Virus record (IMG/VR): IMGVR_UViG_2595698618_000001
Location: 15,136-79,135 of that record
DNA: 64,000 nucleotides
Reading direction: 5' to 3' (one strand)
Source of the DNA: a virus
Taxonomy: Duplodnaviria; Heunggongvirae; Uroviricota; Caudoviricetes
Below the pieces are notes generated by a model. It saw only the letters and a list, made by a program, of their open reading frames with translations. It had not been told where the DNA came from and ran no database searches. Of the stretch, positions 47,142 to 56,589 are shown in pieces (position 1 is the first letter of the stretch; each line of letters starts with the position of its first letter). A program made the position numbers and the translations under genes.

Positions 47142-48965
47142 TTATCCCTGAATGTCTTGCTTGGAGGCGACTTTGACCTTCATTGCGAGAGGCGTGTTGC
47201 CCTTCTTGCGAATGGTATTCGTTCGGAAGATGCCTTCCTCGGTGAGTTTCCGAATGGCACTCTCAATCTGACGCTCGGCTTCGTGTGGCGTCTCAATCCA
47301 GTCGTCAGGACCGTAGTGCCACACTTCGTGGTCGGGGTCGAAGACCGTACCGGAAATGTCAGCACCCTCGCCGGACTCTCCGATGGGCACAAGGCCGAGC
47401 ATTTCCTTCAGGCCGGGTTCGTGTTCGTCCAAGCCGTCGATACGCTCTCCGTCCAGCGTCTCCTCTAAGGCGGCACGCACGGCTTCCTCGTAAGGCTCCA
47501 AGTCAACATCCTCGAACTCGCCAGCCGAACTTCCGTCGAGTGTGACCTGACCACCTTCGTTCTGACTCGTATCGACCGAAGACTCGCTCATAAAGTCAGA
47601 TGCCTTTGGCTCAAGTTCCTCGTTGATGCGGCGTGCAGTCTCCACGAAGTCTTCTCCGGTGATAGGGTCGGTGCAACCCTCGAAGAAGTCCTTGAAGTCG
47701 TCGTCAATCTCAAACTTTCCGAGAGCCTGCCAGCCCTTAAATTCGTAGAGGTGTTCGCCGTTCTCACCAGCCCGCTCGTGCTTCTGAACCAGATAATTCT
47801 GAATCAGGTCTGCAAGCATTTGCTCAATCTGGTGACGCTTCACGAAGGAGGCATTCGTCTTGCGAAGATGCTCCTGAATGTCGTTGATGCTGGAGAGATT
47901 TCGCGTACCACCAGTCTGCTCAATGGCGACACAGATGGCCTTCTTCTTTCTATCGAGTTGGTGAGTCGTTGCCATTAGAATGTCTCGGGTTGCAAGAATG
48001 TTGGCGAGGTCTTGCGGTTCTGCAATGTACGCCTCTTTCACGCCCTCGTTAGACTCCTTGATGGCTTTCTTGTCACGACTCTTGTAGTTGAGCAGAGCCG
48101 AGGACCGGACAAGGTTTGCGACCATAGCGCCGACACGGTTCGTCTCGCTTCTATCGGTGTCGAAGATAGGCTTCGCGTACTTCACGAAGTCCCGACCGCC
48201 GAACTGTTCCTCACCGGCAGGAATCTTCACCCAAGCATCTTTGGGCATCTCTCGAATGTGGTCTTTGAGAGCCTTGTGTCCATCCTCAAAGTCGAACATA
48301 TACTCGTGGTCGCTATCGCCAAAGGCAATCATCGAGTGGTCCCACTTCGTAGCGAGAACACCCTCGTTCTTGTCCTTGGACTCGTGGACCGGAACTTTCA
48401 GGAGGCGGTCCCACATTTCGAAGTCAGGTTCGTATTGTGCATACAGGAACCAGTAGGGGATTGCACTCCGCTGAATCTCGTCCACATCTCTGTCTGCACC
48501 TCGCCCGTCTCCTGTGACTTTGTAGGTGAACTCCTCGTCGTCACCGTGCAGGCTCTTGAGAATCTCGATAATCTTCTCACCGGGCTTCTGCAACTCGTCA
48601 AGACTCGCAATCCACGCATCCTCCCACGTATCGTCGTAGATGATGGCGGTATCGGAACCGCTGGTCGCCTGATAGAGATAGCCATCAGGGAACAAGTCTT
48701 CGACCTGATGCTGAAGGTGAGTCTTCCCGCTCCCGGCAGTTCCGATTAGGACACCTGAAATAAAGTGAGACGAATCTTCCATAAATCCGCTCACGTAACC
48801 AAGTGTCGTTAGCAAGAACTGCTCCTCATTTTTGACAATGCGAGAGCGCCCATACTTCACGAGGTCGATGGCAACGTTATCGTGGAGGTCATAATCGTAA
48901 ATTAATTCCTCCTCGGGTACACCATCGGACTCGTCTTGAGCCGTATCGCTAAAATTGAATCCCAT
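47142..48965 (-). CDS. P-loop AAA+-like ATPase, putative replicative helicase
   Basis: Walker A GTAGSGKT; Walker B IASLDE; 607 aa with winged-helix-like C-terminus. Confidence 0.7.
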   Translation of the reverse strand: MGFNFSDTAQDESDGVPEEELIYDYDLHDNVAIDLVKYGRSRIVKNEEQFLLTTLGYVSGFMEDSSHFISGVLIGTAGSGKTHLQHQVEDLFPDGYLYQATSGSDTAIIYDDTWEDAWIASLDELQKPGEKIIEILKSLHGDDEEFTYKVTGDGRGADRDVDEIQRSAIPYWFLYAQYEPDFEMWDRLLKVPVHESKDKNEGVLATKWDHSMIAFGDSDHEYMFDFEDGHKALKDHIREMPKDAWVKIPAGEEQFGGRDFVKYAKPIFDTDRSETNRVGAMVANLVRSSALLNYKSRDKKAIKESNEGVKEAYIAEPQDLANILATRDILMATTHQLDRKKKAICVAIEQTGGTRNLSSINDIQEHLRKTNASFVKRHQIEQMLADLIQNYLVQKHERAGENGEHLYEFKGWQALGKFEIDDDFKDFFEGCTDPITGEDFVETARRINEELEPKASDFMSESSVDTSQNEGGQVTLDGSSAGEFEDVDLEPYEEAVRAALEETLDGERIDGLDEHEPGLKEMLGLVPIGESGEGADISGTVFDPDHEVWHYGPDDWIETPHEAERQIESAIRKLTEEGIFRTNTIRKKGNTPLAMKVKVASKQDIQG

Positions 48966-49407
48966 TGTTACGTCTGTAATTGGTGTCCTCTATACTTAAA
49001 CCTTTCGTTCGTACTCGTAGTCGATGCGAGACGGAATTTGCGAAACGTCGAACTGCCCCTTCCCGTGAACGTGAAACACCTGCAACGAAGTATCCAACGA
49101 AAGAATCACGTTAAACTCGTCCTTCTTTTGAATGATTTGCAATTCTCCCGGTAATTCCGTGCCGTCTCCGTACATATCAAGGTAGAAGAATACCCATCCG
49201 AGGCAATCTCCGAAGTTGTTATACTCGCGTGACTTTAGTTCAAAGTGAGGGTTGTTCAGCCACTCGGGGTTGTAGTCTACGTTCACCATAGAGGGCGTCA
49301 CGGTCGCCGTAACGTCGCCTTTCCGAAAGCGAGGCCAACGACCTTGCTCGACTGTAACTCCGCTCACAGCGTCAACACGCGCCCTCTGAGCAACTCGGTG
49401 AAAGTTA

Positions 49408-50289
49408 TCAGCGAACGATAGCGTTCTTGATGAAGTCATTAATCATCTCCGTATTCATCTCTCCATCGAGGTGATTCTCAGGCGTTAGTTCACGGTCCAA
49501 CTCAGCCTCGATGAAGTCCTCGAACGGATTACCGGCGTGGTCGTAAGCCTCCGCATTACGCTTCTTCTCGATGAACGACTGGAGCAACTCATACTCGTCT
49601 TCACCAAGGCCAAGCGACTCCGCATTCTCAGAGGCGAACTTCGGGAAGTCCATCGTCGGCATCTCGTGAGTCGTGCGAATATGCTTCGCGTGAAGGATAG
49701 CACGCATAATGTAGAGGTTACGCTTGACCGTCTGCTTCAAGTTACCAGCCTCGTACTCGTCCGACTCTTTTGGAATATCCCCAATCCCCGTATGCCAATA
49801 ATGGTCATCCTCGTTTTCAATTGGGTAACGCTCGCCCTCCGTGTCGTAGATACACGGCTTTAGGTACTTCATATAGTTCGACTCAGCCATCGAACGATAG
49901 TGATAGTAGAGCGCGATTGGCTTGAAGTTTGCATTCGCCATCTCACGAAGTTCGTCAAGAGTCCCGATAAACTCAGGATTCTCGAAGTAAGTGACTGGCG
50001 AATTGAGGAACTCAAGAGTCGTCGGATTCGAGTCGTTGAGCAATTCCCCGAACTTCTTAATATTCCAGCATTGGAAGTCGATTTCGCCTCGCTTGATAGT
50101 TAGCGTATCCTCGTAGCCACCGATTGTGGCATAGTCGCTCGCATCTTGAGCGAAAATGAGGAAAGCGTCGTAGTCCGACTCGGGGGAGTCGAGATTCATC
50201 ATATGCGAACCGAAAGAGCGACACGAAATAGCGTGAATGCCCTCGCTCTTTTCGATTTCGTAAATCGTGTTTCTAATTTCTTCTCTCAT
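49408..50289 (-). CDS. RlaP-like (Pol-beta family) predicted nucleotidyltransferase
   Basis: FGSHMMNLDSPESDYD; WNIKKFGELL..SNPT.LEFL.SP; KRNLYIMR. Confidence 0.8.
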   Translation of the reverse strand: MREEIRNTIYEIEKSEGIHAISCRSFGSHMMNLDSPESDYDAFLIFAQDASDYATIGGYEDTLTIKRGEIDFQCWNIKKFGELLNDSNPTTLEFLNSPVTYFENPEFIGTLDELREMANANFKPIALYYHYRSMAESNYMKYLKPCIYDTEGERYPIENEDDHYWHTGIGDIPKESDEYEAGNLKQTVKRNLYIMRAILHAKHIRTTHEMPTMDFPKFASENAESLGLGEDEYELLQSFIEKKRNAEAYDHAGNPFEDFIEAELDRELTPENHLDGEMNTEMINDFIKNAIVR

Positions 50290-50613
50290 ACTACGTAGTA
50301 CGAGACGTTCCCACTTAAGGGTTACGGAATTGTTTCATCCGCTTCTTCAATTTGCGCTGTTGTTGCCTTGCTTGAGCGCCTTTGGTGTCGGTCCCGACTA
50401 CGCATATGGCAAGTGGAATTTCTTCTGAAAGCATTACGTTCCAGCCGTCGAGTTTGACGTTGACGCCATTGGGAGCGCCCATAAGTTCACGCATTGCGTC
50501 GTATACGTCAGGATGCATTACGATTAAGAGGTACGGGTCGTCGTACTCTGATTCCGCGTAATTAATAGATTCGCGGATTTTATCGTCTACTTCCTGATAC
50601 AACTGCCAGTTCT

Positions 50614-50934
50614 TCATTTGTGGCTAATTGTTTTGTAGTATTTTTCGATACTTAGTTGGGCTTCTGAAACGTCGTTGTCGTTGTAGAAGTCACAGATTTC
50701 TATCCAGTCGTTTTTCGCGTGGAAGTTTCTGTGGTATCGTGAGCGAAGTAAAAGAAGGTTCGCCGGGCGATTATCCCACGGTATTGTATTCCTGTGGTGA
50801 ACGTTCCATACACGTCCATTGAATACGTCGTGTGGGTCTTCTTCGACACAGGCGAGTAGTCGATGTAGTTTGACAGAATCTTCTCCGTCTGTGACTACTT
50901 CGTATCCGCCTACTGTCTTGAAGTTGATGCCCAT
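50614..50934 (-). CDS. HNH endonuclease (HNH_3-like)
   Basis: KLHRLLA...VHHRN..PWDNRPANL...H. Confidence 0.8.
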   Translation of the reverse strand: MGINFKTVGGYEVVTDGEDSVKLHRLLACVEEDPHDVFNGRVWNVHHRNTIPWDNRPANLLLLRSRYHRNFHAKNDWIEICDFYNDNDVSEAQLSIEKYYKTISHK

Positions 50935-52463
50935 TACCGCGCCGGTTCTACTGATTCAATCTCTTGAATCATCCCATCGACGTTCTCGACCTTCTCGATG
51001 AAGTCGAGGACCTGTTCCGACCAGCCGCTCATATTGTAAACGTCGTGAGCGCCTTCTGGTGTTACGAGGTCGCCGTAGTGTTGTAGGTCGATGAGGTATA
51101 GGCTTGCGTTAGGGTTCTCCGCCTTATACGCATCCCATTCGTCCTTGAAGGACGTGTTGGTTCTCCAAGTGGAGTCGTTCCAGAGTTGCATATCGGTGAA
51201 CACGATGATACGCTCGTAAGAGCGGTCTTCGTTGCGTAGTCCACGGAGGACTTTCCAACCGTTAGTCGAGCCACCGACTCCGACACTCTGCATCTTCTCC
51301 GCGTTGGTGACGAGAGGGTTTCTCGGGTCGGCGTTAATTTCAGCGAAGTCGCTTGCGAAAACGCCAACATCAGATTGCCGTTCGAGCATCATTGCACCGA
51401 ACAGCGTTGCAATCTCCATACATTGCAGTTCCGAGTCTCCCGATACAGAAGACCGCATCGAACCACTCACGTCTACTGCGGTGAACGTATTCTCGAACAC
51501 GTCGGGTAGGTTCTCCGTAGCGACTTCCATCGCATTTTCGAGGAACTCCAGCGCGTTTTTATCGTTAGGCGTGTCTCTGCTCTGCTTGACAGCCTTGTAC
51601 GCTTGGTAGAACCGGAATGGGTACATCTGACTGTTTCGAACCCATTCGTCGGTTACGTCACCAAAGATTTCCTCACCGGAGAGTCCGGCGTCGAGCATAT
51701 TGCGAACGTTGCGAACCCGTGCGAAGATAGGCATCGAGTAGCCATCCTCATTTTCTTCGAGTTGTTCGCGCCAAACCTCAGCCTGACTCCGGCCCTCTTT
51801 ACCGGCTTCAGACATTTCGTTCTCCCACGTATCGGACTGCTTGAGCGGGTCTACGTCAGGATGGGAGTCCAGTTCTCCGAGAGCAATCTGCTCAAAAATT
51901 GCATCTCGCTCCTCATCCCGAGGACGCGGGTGAACGAGGTTCAGCAAGTCGCGGTACTGCCATTCTCTCGAAGGGCGGTCCCACTTTGCAAACTGATACT
52001 CGTTGAAATTGTGGAGAGCATCCTCGATTCCTTTCTTCAGCGGATTCGGGATGGACTTGCCGTACAGGGAAACCTGCATCGCAAGAACTTCCAAGGGTTC
52101 ATCTGCACGCTGAATAACTCCCTCAGCATAACTACGAACGTAACCCTTGGTCCGGTCATCGTTGGCCGACAGTACGAGCAACAGTTGAGGGACTTGCCGA
52201 AGATTCTCAGACTGTCGCGCATACTTAGCCAACTTCAGGACAAATTCTGGATTTACATCCGCCACTCGGTCGAACTCAGTCCGAACGTCATCTAACGAAT
52301 CCTCAGCCGACTCGTAATAAGAGTCTTCGAGGAGGTTCGTCAGCACGTTCTTCGTGAGAGCAACTTCGGGCGAGTCAGGCGAATACGCTTCGCCACCCTC
52401 ATAGTTGTCCTTCTCAGTTCGTTCTGCGACTGTCTCTTTCGTGTCGTTGTAGTTGATTCCCAT
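50934..52463 (-). CDS. rsr: Ro60/TROVE-domain ribonucleoprotein with C-terminal vWA
   Basis: NYEGGEAY; PEFVLKLAKYARQ..NLR; YQFAKW; DLLNLVHP; MYPFRFYQAY; MIDAS DVSGSM; FTDMQ; SGWSE. Confidence 0.9.
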   Translation of the reverse strand: MGINYNDTKETVAERTEKDNYEGGEAYSPDSPEVALTKNVLTNLLEDSYYESAEDSLDDVRTEFDRVADVNPEFVLKLAKYARQSENLRQVPQLLLVLSANDDRTKGYVRSYAEGVIQRADEPLEVLAMQVSLYGKSIPNPLKKGIEDALHNFNEYQFAKWDRPSREWQYRDLLNLVHPRPRDEERDAIFEQIALGELDSHPDVDPLKQSDTWENEMSEAGKEGRSQAEVWREQLEENEDGYSMPIFARVRNVRNMLDAGLSGEEIFGDVTDEWVRNSQMYPFRFYQAYKAVKQSRDTPNDKNALEFLENAMEVATENLPDVFENTFTAVDVSGSMRSSVSGDSELQCMEIATLFGAMMLERQSDVGVFASDFAEINADPRNPLVTNAEKMQSVGVGGSTNGWKVLRGLRNEDRSYERIIVFTDMQLWNDSTWRTNTSFKDEWDAYKAENPNASLYLIDLQHYGDLVTPEGAHDVYNMSGWSEQVLDFIEKVENVDGMIQEIESVEPAR

Positions 52464-52475
52464 TTTGTATCACCA

Positions 52476-52561
52476 CGGTTGAAATTGGAAGTCGGGCCAC
52501 CATTTTAGGCAGGTGACAAAGCCCAATTTTCAATATTGAAGTATCCGACTCCCTCGCACCG
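52476..52561 (-). ncRNA. Y-RNA-like RNA #2, ends 13 nt upstream of the TROVE start codon
   Basis: CGGU-G[C]GAG/UUUC-A-ACCG bulged-C helix; GGAGUCGG/CCGACUUCC; AUACUUCAAU; promoter at ~52590-52608. Confidence 0.7.
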
Positions 52562-52735
52562 GGTTAACGGCATACTATCATAGGGACTCGGACTACTTAA
52601 ACCTTTCGGTTTTCGTGGAAGTAGAGCCGGTCATACCGAGACGAATAACACACCTTCTCCGCATCAGCCGTGTGAAACGTCCCTGCACTCCCAAGATTCA
52701 CCTTCCTCGTGTACGGGTCGCCACAAATAGAACAA

Positions 52736-53614
52736 TCAGTCACGCTTGACCAACTCCGGCTCGTCGTACAAATCCTCAACCGAATCCTCACCTCGAATGA
52801 TACCATACGACAAGACGCCGAAACGCTTGTCATTATCCGTGACACCCTGCTCGAACTCCTCTGTGCGTCCCATAATCGTCACCACTTCGAACCCTTCTGG
52901 AATGTAGTCATACCACTCGTGCGGGAATAGATAGTGCGACTCCTTCCAGCATCGTAGCCCAAGCGTCTCCAACTCCTTCTCGCTGAACTGCTCCAGATTC
53001 TCGAATACGTCTTCACTCGTGGGCAGGTAATCTACATCTACTCCATCCTTACGCTCGAATTGAGACGAGCGAATTACAATATTGTCACTCATCCTTCCAT
53101 CGTGTCCCCTTGCTTCCATTCTGGTTCTGGCGCTTCTTCCTCATCTTCGAATCGGTAATCTTGTGCCATACGCTGAATTACGACTCGATGGTACTTAAAC
53201 GTTGTGATTCACTCGTAATACCGAAAGGCTTAAATACCCTGAGTGCGTAAATAGAATAAGGATTGACGTGGCGGTGTCCCGTAAGGTTTCCTTCTTGGGA
53301 GGATTTCTATATTAGTAGAACACACTATCCTGATGGTTATCCCTTTGAGTACGTAGTAACTCAAGGAGTTGTTCTATCTGATTAATGCGACTACGCATAG
53401 TTGCGGCCTGTTGCTCTCCCTGACATTCAAGCATTAGATATTCCATATCCTCGAAGAAGTTTTGGACCTCTTTTAAGTTGTCTATCATCTCGTCAAATTC
53501 TTCGGGAGAATATTTAGCAAGGAGAGCGAGGCTTGTCATATCGGCGGGACCCATCTCTCGATGCATCTTCGCCAATTCGAGTTGTTCCTCGTGCGAAAGT
53601 TCGTCAATGCCCAT
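52736..53614 (-). other. Hypothetical ORFs (52736..53119, 53312..53614)
   Basis: Acidic ORFs with promoters. Confidence 0.5.
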
Positions 53615-53691
53615 AGTCTTAGTTGTGACTATGGGAACTTAAGCGTTGCGAAAAGAAAATGAGTGAGAGTTAGAAGAACGGCGTCAGTCTT

Positions 53692-54690
53692 TTACGACTG
53701 GTTCTGGATGAGTTCAACCATCCGGTCTACGTTCGGGTCGTCGGACAGGGAGCCACCGTTGTCCTCGATGTTCGTGCGGATGGTATCCTCGTCGGTCGGC
53801 ATACCTGCCTCGACGTACTCCTGAACGAACTCGTAATCCTCGTCGGGGAGGCGGTTGCTTCCCACAGACGGGTCGAAGTTCCATTCGAGGTAGGAGTAGC
53901 CGACAGGCGTACCCTCGGTCGGGGAGAGCGGCTCGAAGCCATCACCGAGGTCAGCGAAGACGGAGAACCACTTCATCGCACGGCGCTCCTCGTTCTCGAC
54001 CATCTCGGCGTACTCCTCGTCCAACTCCTCACGGCGGGCGACCATCACGCCAACCTCCGTACCGTAGAGTTCCTCACGAAGTTCGGGGTTACGAGCGTAA
54101 CGGCTCGACACATCGGCGTCTGCACCGTTCGGGTACTCGATAAGGCCACCGTTGACCTGACCCGTCTCCTCGTCCATACCCGCATTCTCGGCTCCGTTCA
54201 CGTCCAACTTCTTGGCAACGCTGGTGGAAGCCGTGCCACTCACGACTGCGATGATGCGGTCTGCGTCGAAGGAGTCCACGACCTCGCCCTTGTAGAGACG
54301 GTCGCCGTACTCGACACCGACTCCATCAAGAACGTCCGTGCCCTTGTCGTCAGCGTTGAAGACTCGGACTTCGTTGGAGTCTGCCACGTCAACGATGACA
54401 GTACCCTCCGTGCCTTCCTCGGCGTCAGCGACTACACCGGGGTCGTCAAGGACAAGGCCGAGATAGCCTTGGTCGAGGCGGCCCTCGTTGTGCTGTGCGT
54501 CGGGGAATCGGATGATGGGGTTGCCCTCATCCTCGGGGAAGGTCCCCGTAAGAATAGTCGTCGGGTGGAAGTGGACGAATGCCGTACTGCCCATATCCAC
54601 CTCAATCTGTTCAAGCGTCTCCTGCTCGTCGGAGCCGCTGTTCTCTCGTGCTTGCTTTACTTCTTCCGTAACTGAGTCTTTGAATCCCAT
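53692..54690 (-). CDS. Very acidic 332-aa protein (function unknown; possibly ssDNA-binding/recombination)
   Basis: Strongly biased codons, own promoter, GGTGA RBS; no motif recognised. Confidence 0.5.
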   Translation of the reverse strand: MGFKDSVTEEVKQARENSGSDEQETLEQIEVDMGSTAFVHFHPTTILTGTFPEDEGNPIIRFPDAQHNEGRLDQGYLGLVLDDPGVVADAEEGTEGTVIVDVADSNEVRVFNADDKGTDVLDGVGVEYGDRLYKGEVVDSFDADRIIAVVSGTASTSVAKKLDVNGAENAGMDEETGQVNGGLIEYPNGADADVSSRYARNPELREELYGTEVGVMVARREELDEEYAEMVENEERRAMKWFSVFADLGDGFEPLSPTEGTPVGYSYLEWNFDPSVGSNRLPDEDYEFVQEYVEAGMPTDEDTIRTNIEDNGGSLSDDPNVDRMVELIQNQS

Positions 54691-54749
54691 TGTTGTATCA
54701 CCAATTACCCATTGGAGTTAGTCACGTATAAACCTTTCGGAACCTGTTG

Positions 54750-54860
54750 GGTGAGTCGGCTCACGAAAGGGCGTGGTGAGTGTCTCCTAACACTCGTTCG
54801 ATACACCTCTCACGAGAATGTACCCAATCACTTGAGCAGTACGCCCAAGCCTCGCCCCAC
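54750..54860 (-). ncRNA. Candidate structured ncRNA with own promoter
   Basis: GGGCGU/ACGCCC enclosing UACAU-CUC-GUGA-GAG-GUGUA and GAGUGU/ACACUC; then GUGAG/CUCAC hairpin; promoter at ~54895-54910. Confidence 0.5.
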
Positions 54861-55304
54861 TACGTTTCTACTCATTACCTAATATGCACCCCTTCTACTT
54901 AAACCTTTCGATTTCTCCTATTCCTCGATTTCCGTCCAGCCAATGACATTTCTCATAGGAATACGAACCTCGTCCTTCGTCGGCCAACCACTCCCATTAG
55001 TCTCATTGCCTACTGCGAGATACTGTCCGTCGTTATTAACCTTCCAATGCTTGCGTCGAAACATATTCTTGAACTCTCCGTCAATTAACATTGGGTATCG
55101 AATCATTATCTCGTACATACGGAATAGTATGCACTATTCAGTAATAAGGTTTGCGAATGTGAAGGAGGAGGGGCGCTCGCCCCGATAATGTTGCGACCCT
55201 CAAACTCCTTCACTAAGAAAGTTGAGTTTTGAATTTGAACCTGCCGTTAAGCAGTTGACTGGCTATCCAGCAGTCGGTTAGGCTCGGGGAACTCCCTTCC
55301 GACA

Positions 55305-55436
55305 TAGCCCCGGTAGGATTCGAACCTACAATCTCTGCTTCCAGATAGCGAAGTAACGCTTCCAATCGCTCCACAAAACGTGGCTGAAATCTCAGAAGCG
55401 ACGTAATAGCGCCTTGAACCATTCGGCCACGGGGCT
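55305..55436 (-). tRNA. tRNA-Gln(CTG)-like gene with 58-nt insertion in the anticodon stem (55350..55407)
   Basis: A1:U72 acceptor AGCCCCG/CGGGGCT; removing the insertion gives ctgct-atCTGga-agcag. Confidence 0.6.
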
Positions 55437-56168
55437 TCGTAAACGTCGGCTAAATTTGAGAACGCGGTTGTGGATTCATAGTCTTGAAGTATGCGTTCTC
55501 GTCGTCCGACAATACACTATTAGGACCCCTACTACTTAAAGGTTTCGAATTTCATCAGCGACTTCGGCGCGAATATCTCTCGATGGAAGCGAACCAAGAG
55601 CAAACGCTATATACAGATGCTCCCGAAACCACTTCTTCGCAAATTCTCCCTGTTCGTCAAAATAAAACGCACTACCACGATACATTTCTTCAGCAATCTG
55701 GTCGAGTAAACGCGGAATCGTATCATCGACAAACGTTTCGTGCGTCTTCGACTCATTCGGACCCGAAAAATGATACCAACTCCCACCAAGGTCCACACCA
55801 CCATAGCGAGAATCATCATTCATCGGGTGAGTGCAGGTAGCGACTAAGTACCCCGCTTCTTCCTCGATAGTAATCCGCAACGACGCCTCACTATAATACG
55901 AAATGTAAAACGTGTATTCAACCATTTAATTCCTCATCTAAAGCGGCGAGCGTCTTCCACAACATCGGAAGTGTTTCATACGACGAATAGCCAAGGCTCT
56001 CCAACGCCGACTGCACACCATTCGTGTGAATGTATCCATCACCAATACAATGATAAATGCAAACCATTGTTTCAACCTTTTCTCGGTGGGATAATTCTCG
56101 ATTCCTTGCCTCTATCGCGTCGGCACTTGTTGTTGAGACTTTGACACCGGGGAAGTCTCCATAGGTTG

Positions 56169-56540
56169 TCACAGTTCGAGAATACTTATGTCAACGCCGT
56201 CGGGTAGTTCTCCACGAGTTGCTTCCTCGACTCGGACACCATCTCGAACAAGTTGCTGTCCTTCCGACAGATTGCCGACAACGATGAATTGCTCAATGCC
56301 GAACTGCTCGATAAGCGAATCAAGTTTCTCCTGACTGCCTGCAAACTCGTCTCCCTGTACGTCGAGTCGTGGCGACAACTCCCACGGCTCCTCATACTTA
56401 TCCTCACCGAAGTCATCCATCGTAAAAATAATCGGAACTTCCTGACGCTCTGCAAGTGAAATGACCTCGTTCACAGGGTCGATAAGTTCGTTAGTGTCGA
56501 ATCCTCTCTGCATATTCACTACTGCTACTGCTTTGCTCAT
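56169..56540 (-). CDS. Truncated isochorismatase/cysteine-hydrolase-like protein
   Basis: AVAVVNMQRGF...INEVI..A....VPIIFT.D; catalytic Asp is Asn and no catalytic Cys. Confidence 0.5.
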   Translation of the reverse strand: MSKAVAVVNMQRGFDTNELIDPVNEVISLAERQEVPIIFTMDDFGEDKYEEPWELSPRLDVQGDEFAGSQEKLDSLIEQFGIEQFIVVGNLSEGQQLVRDGVRVEEATRGELPDGVDISILEL

Positions 56541-56589
56541 ACGCGAACTACGGACTCAAACTACTTAAGTCTTTTTGAAAGCAGACTGA

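Noticed and set aside
55215-55303. HDV-like (theta) ribozyme 3' of the tRNA
   Set aside because: A UCCCCG L3-like string and a P4-like hairpin are present, but P3, P1.1 and P2 cannot be closed in the required order.
27131-55436. Suppressor tRNA or genetic-code reassignment
   Set aside because: No CTA/TTA/TCA anticodon found; genes end normally at TAA, TGA and TAG.
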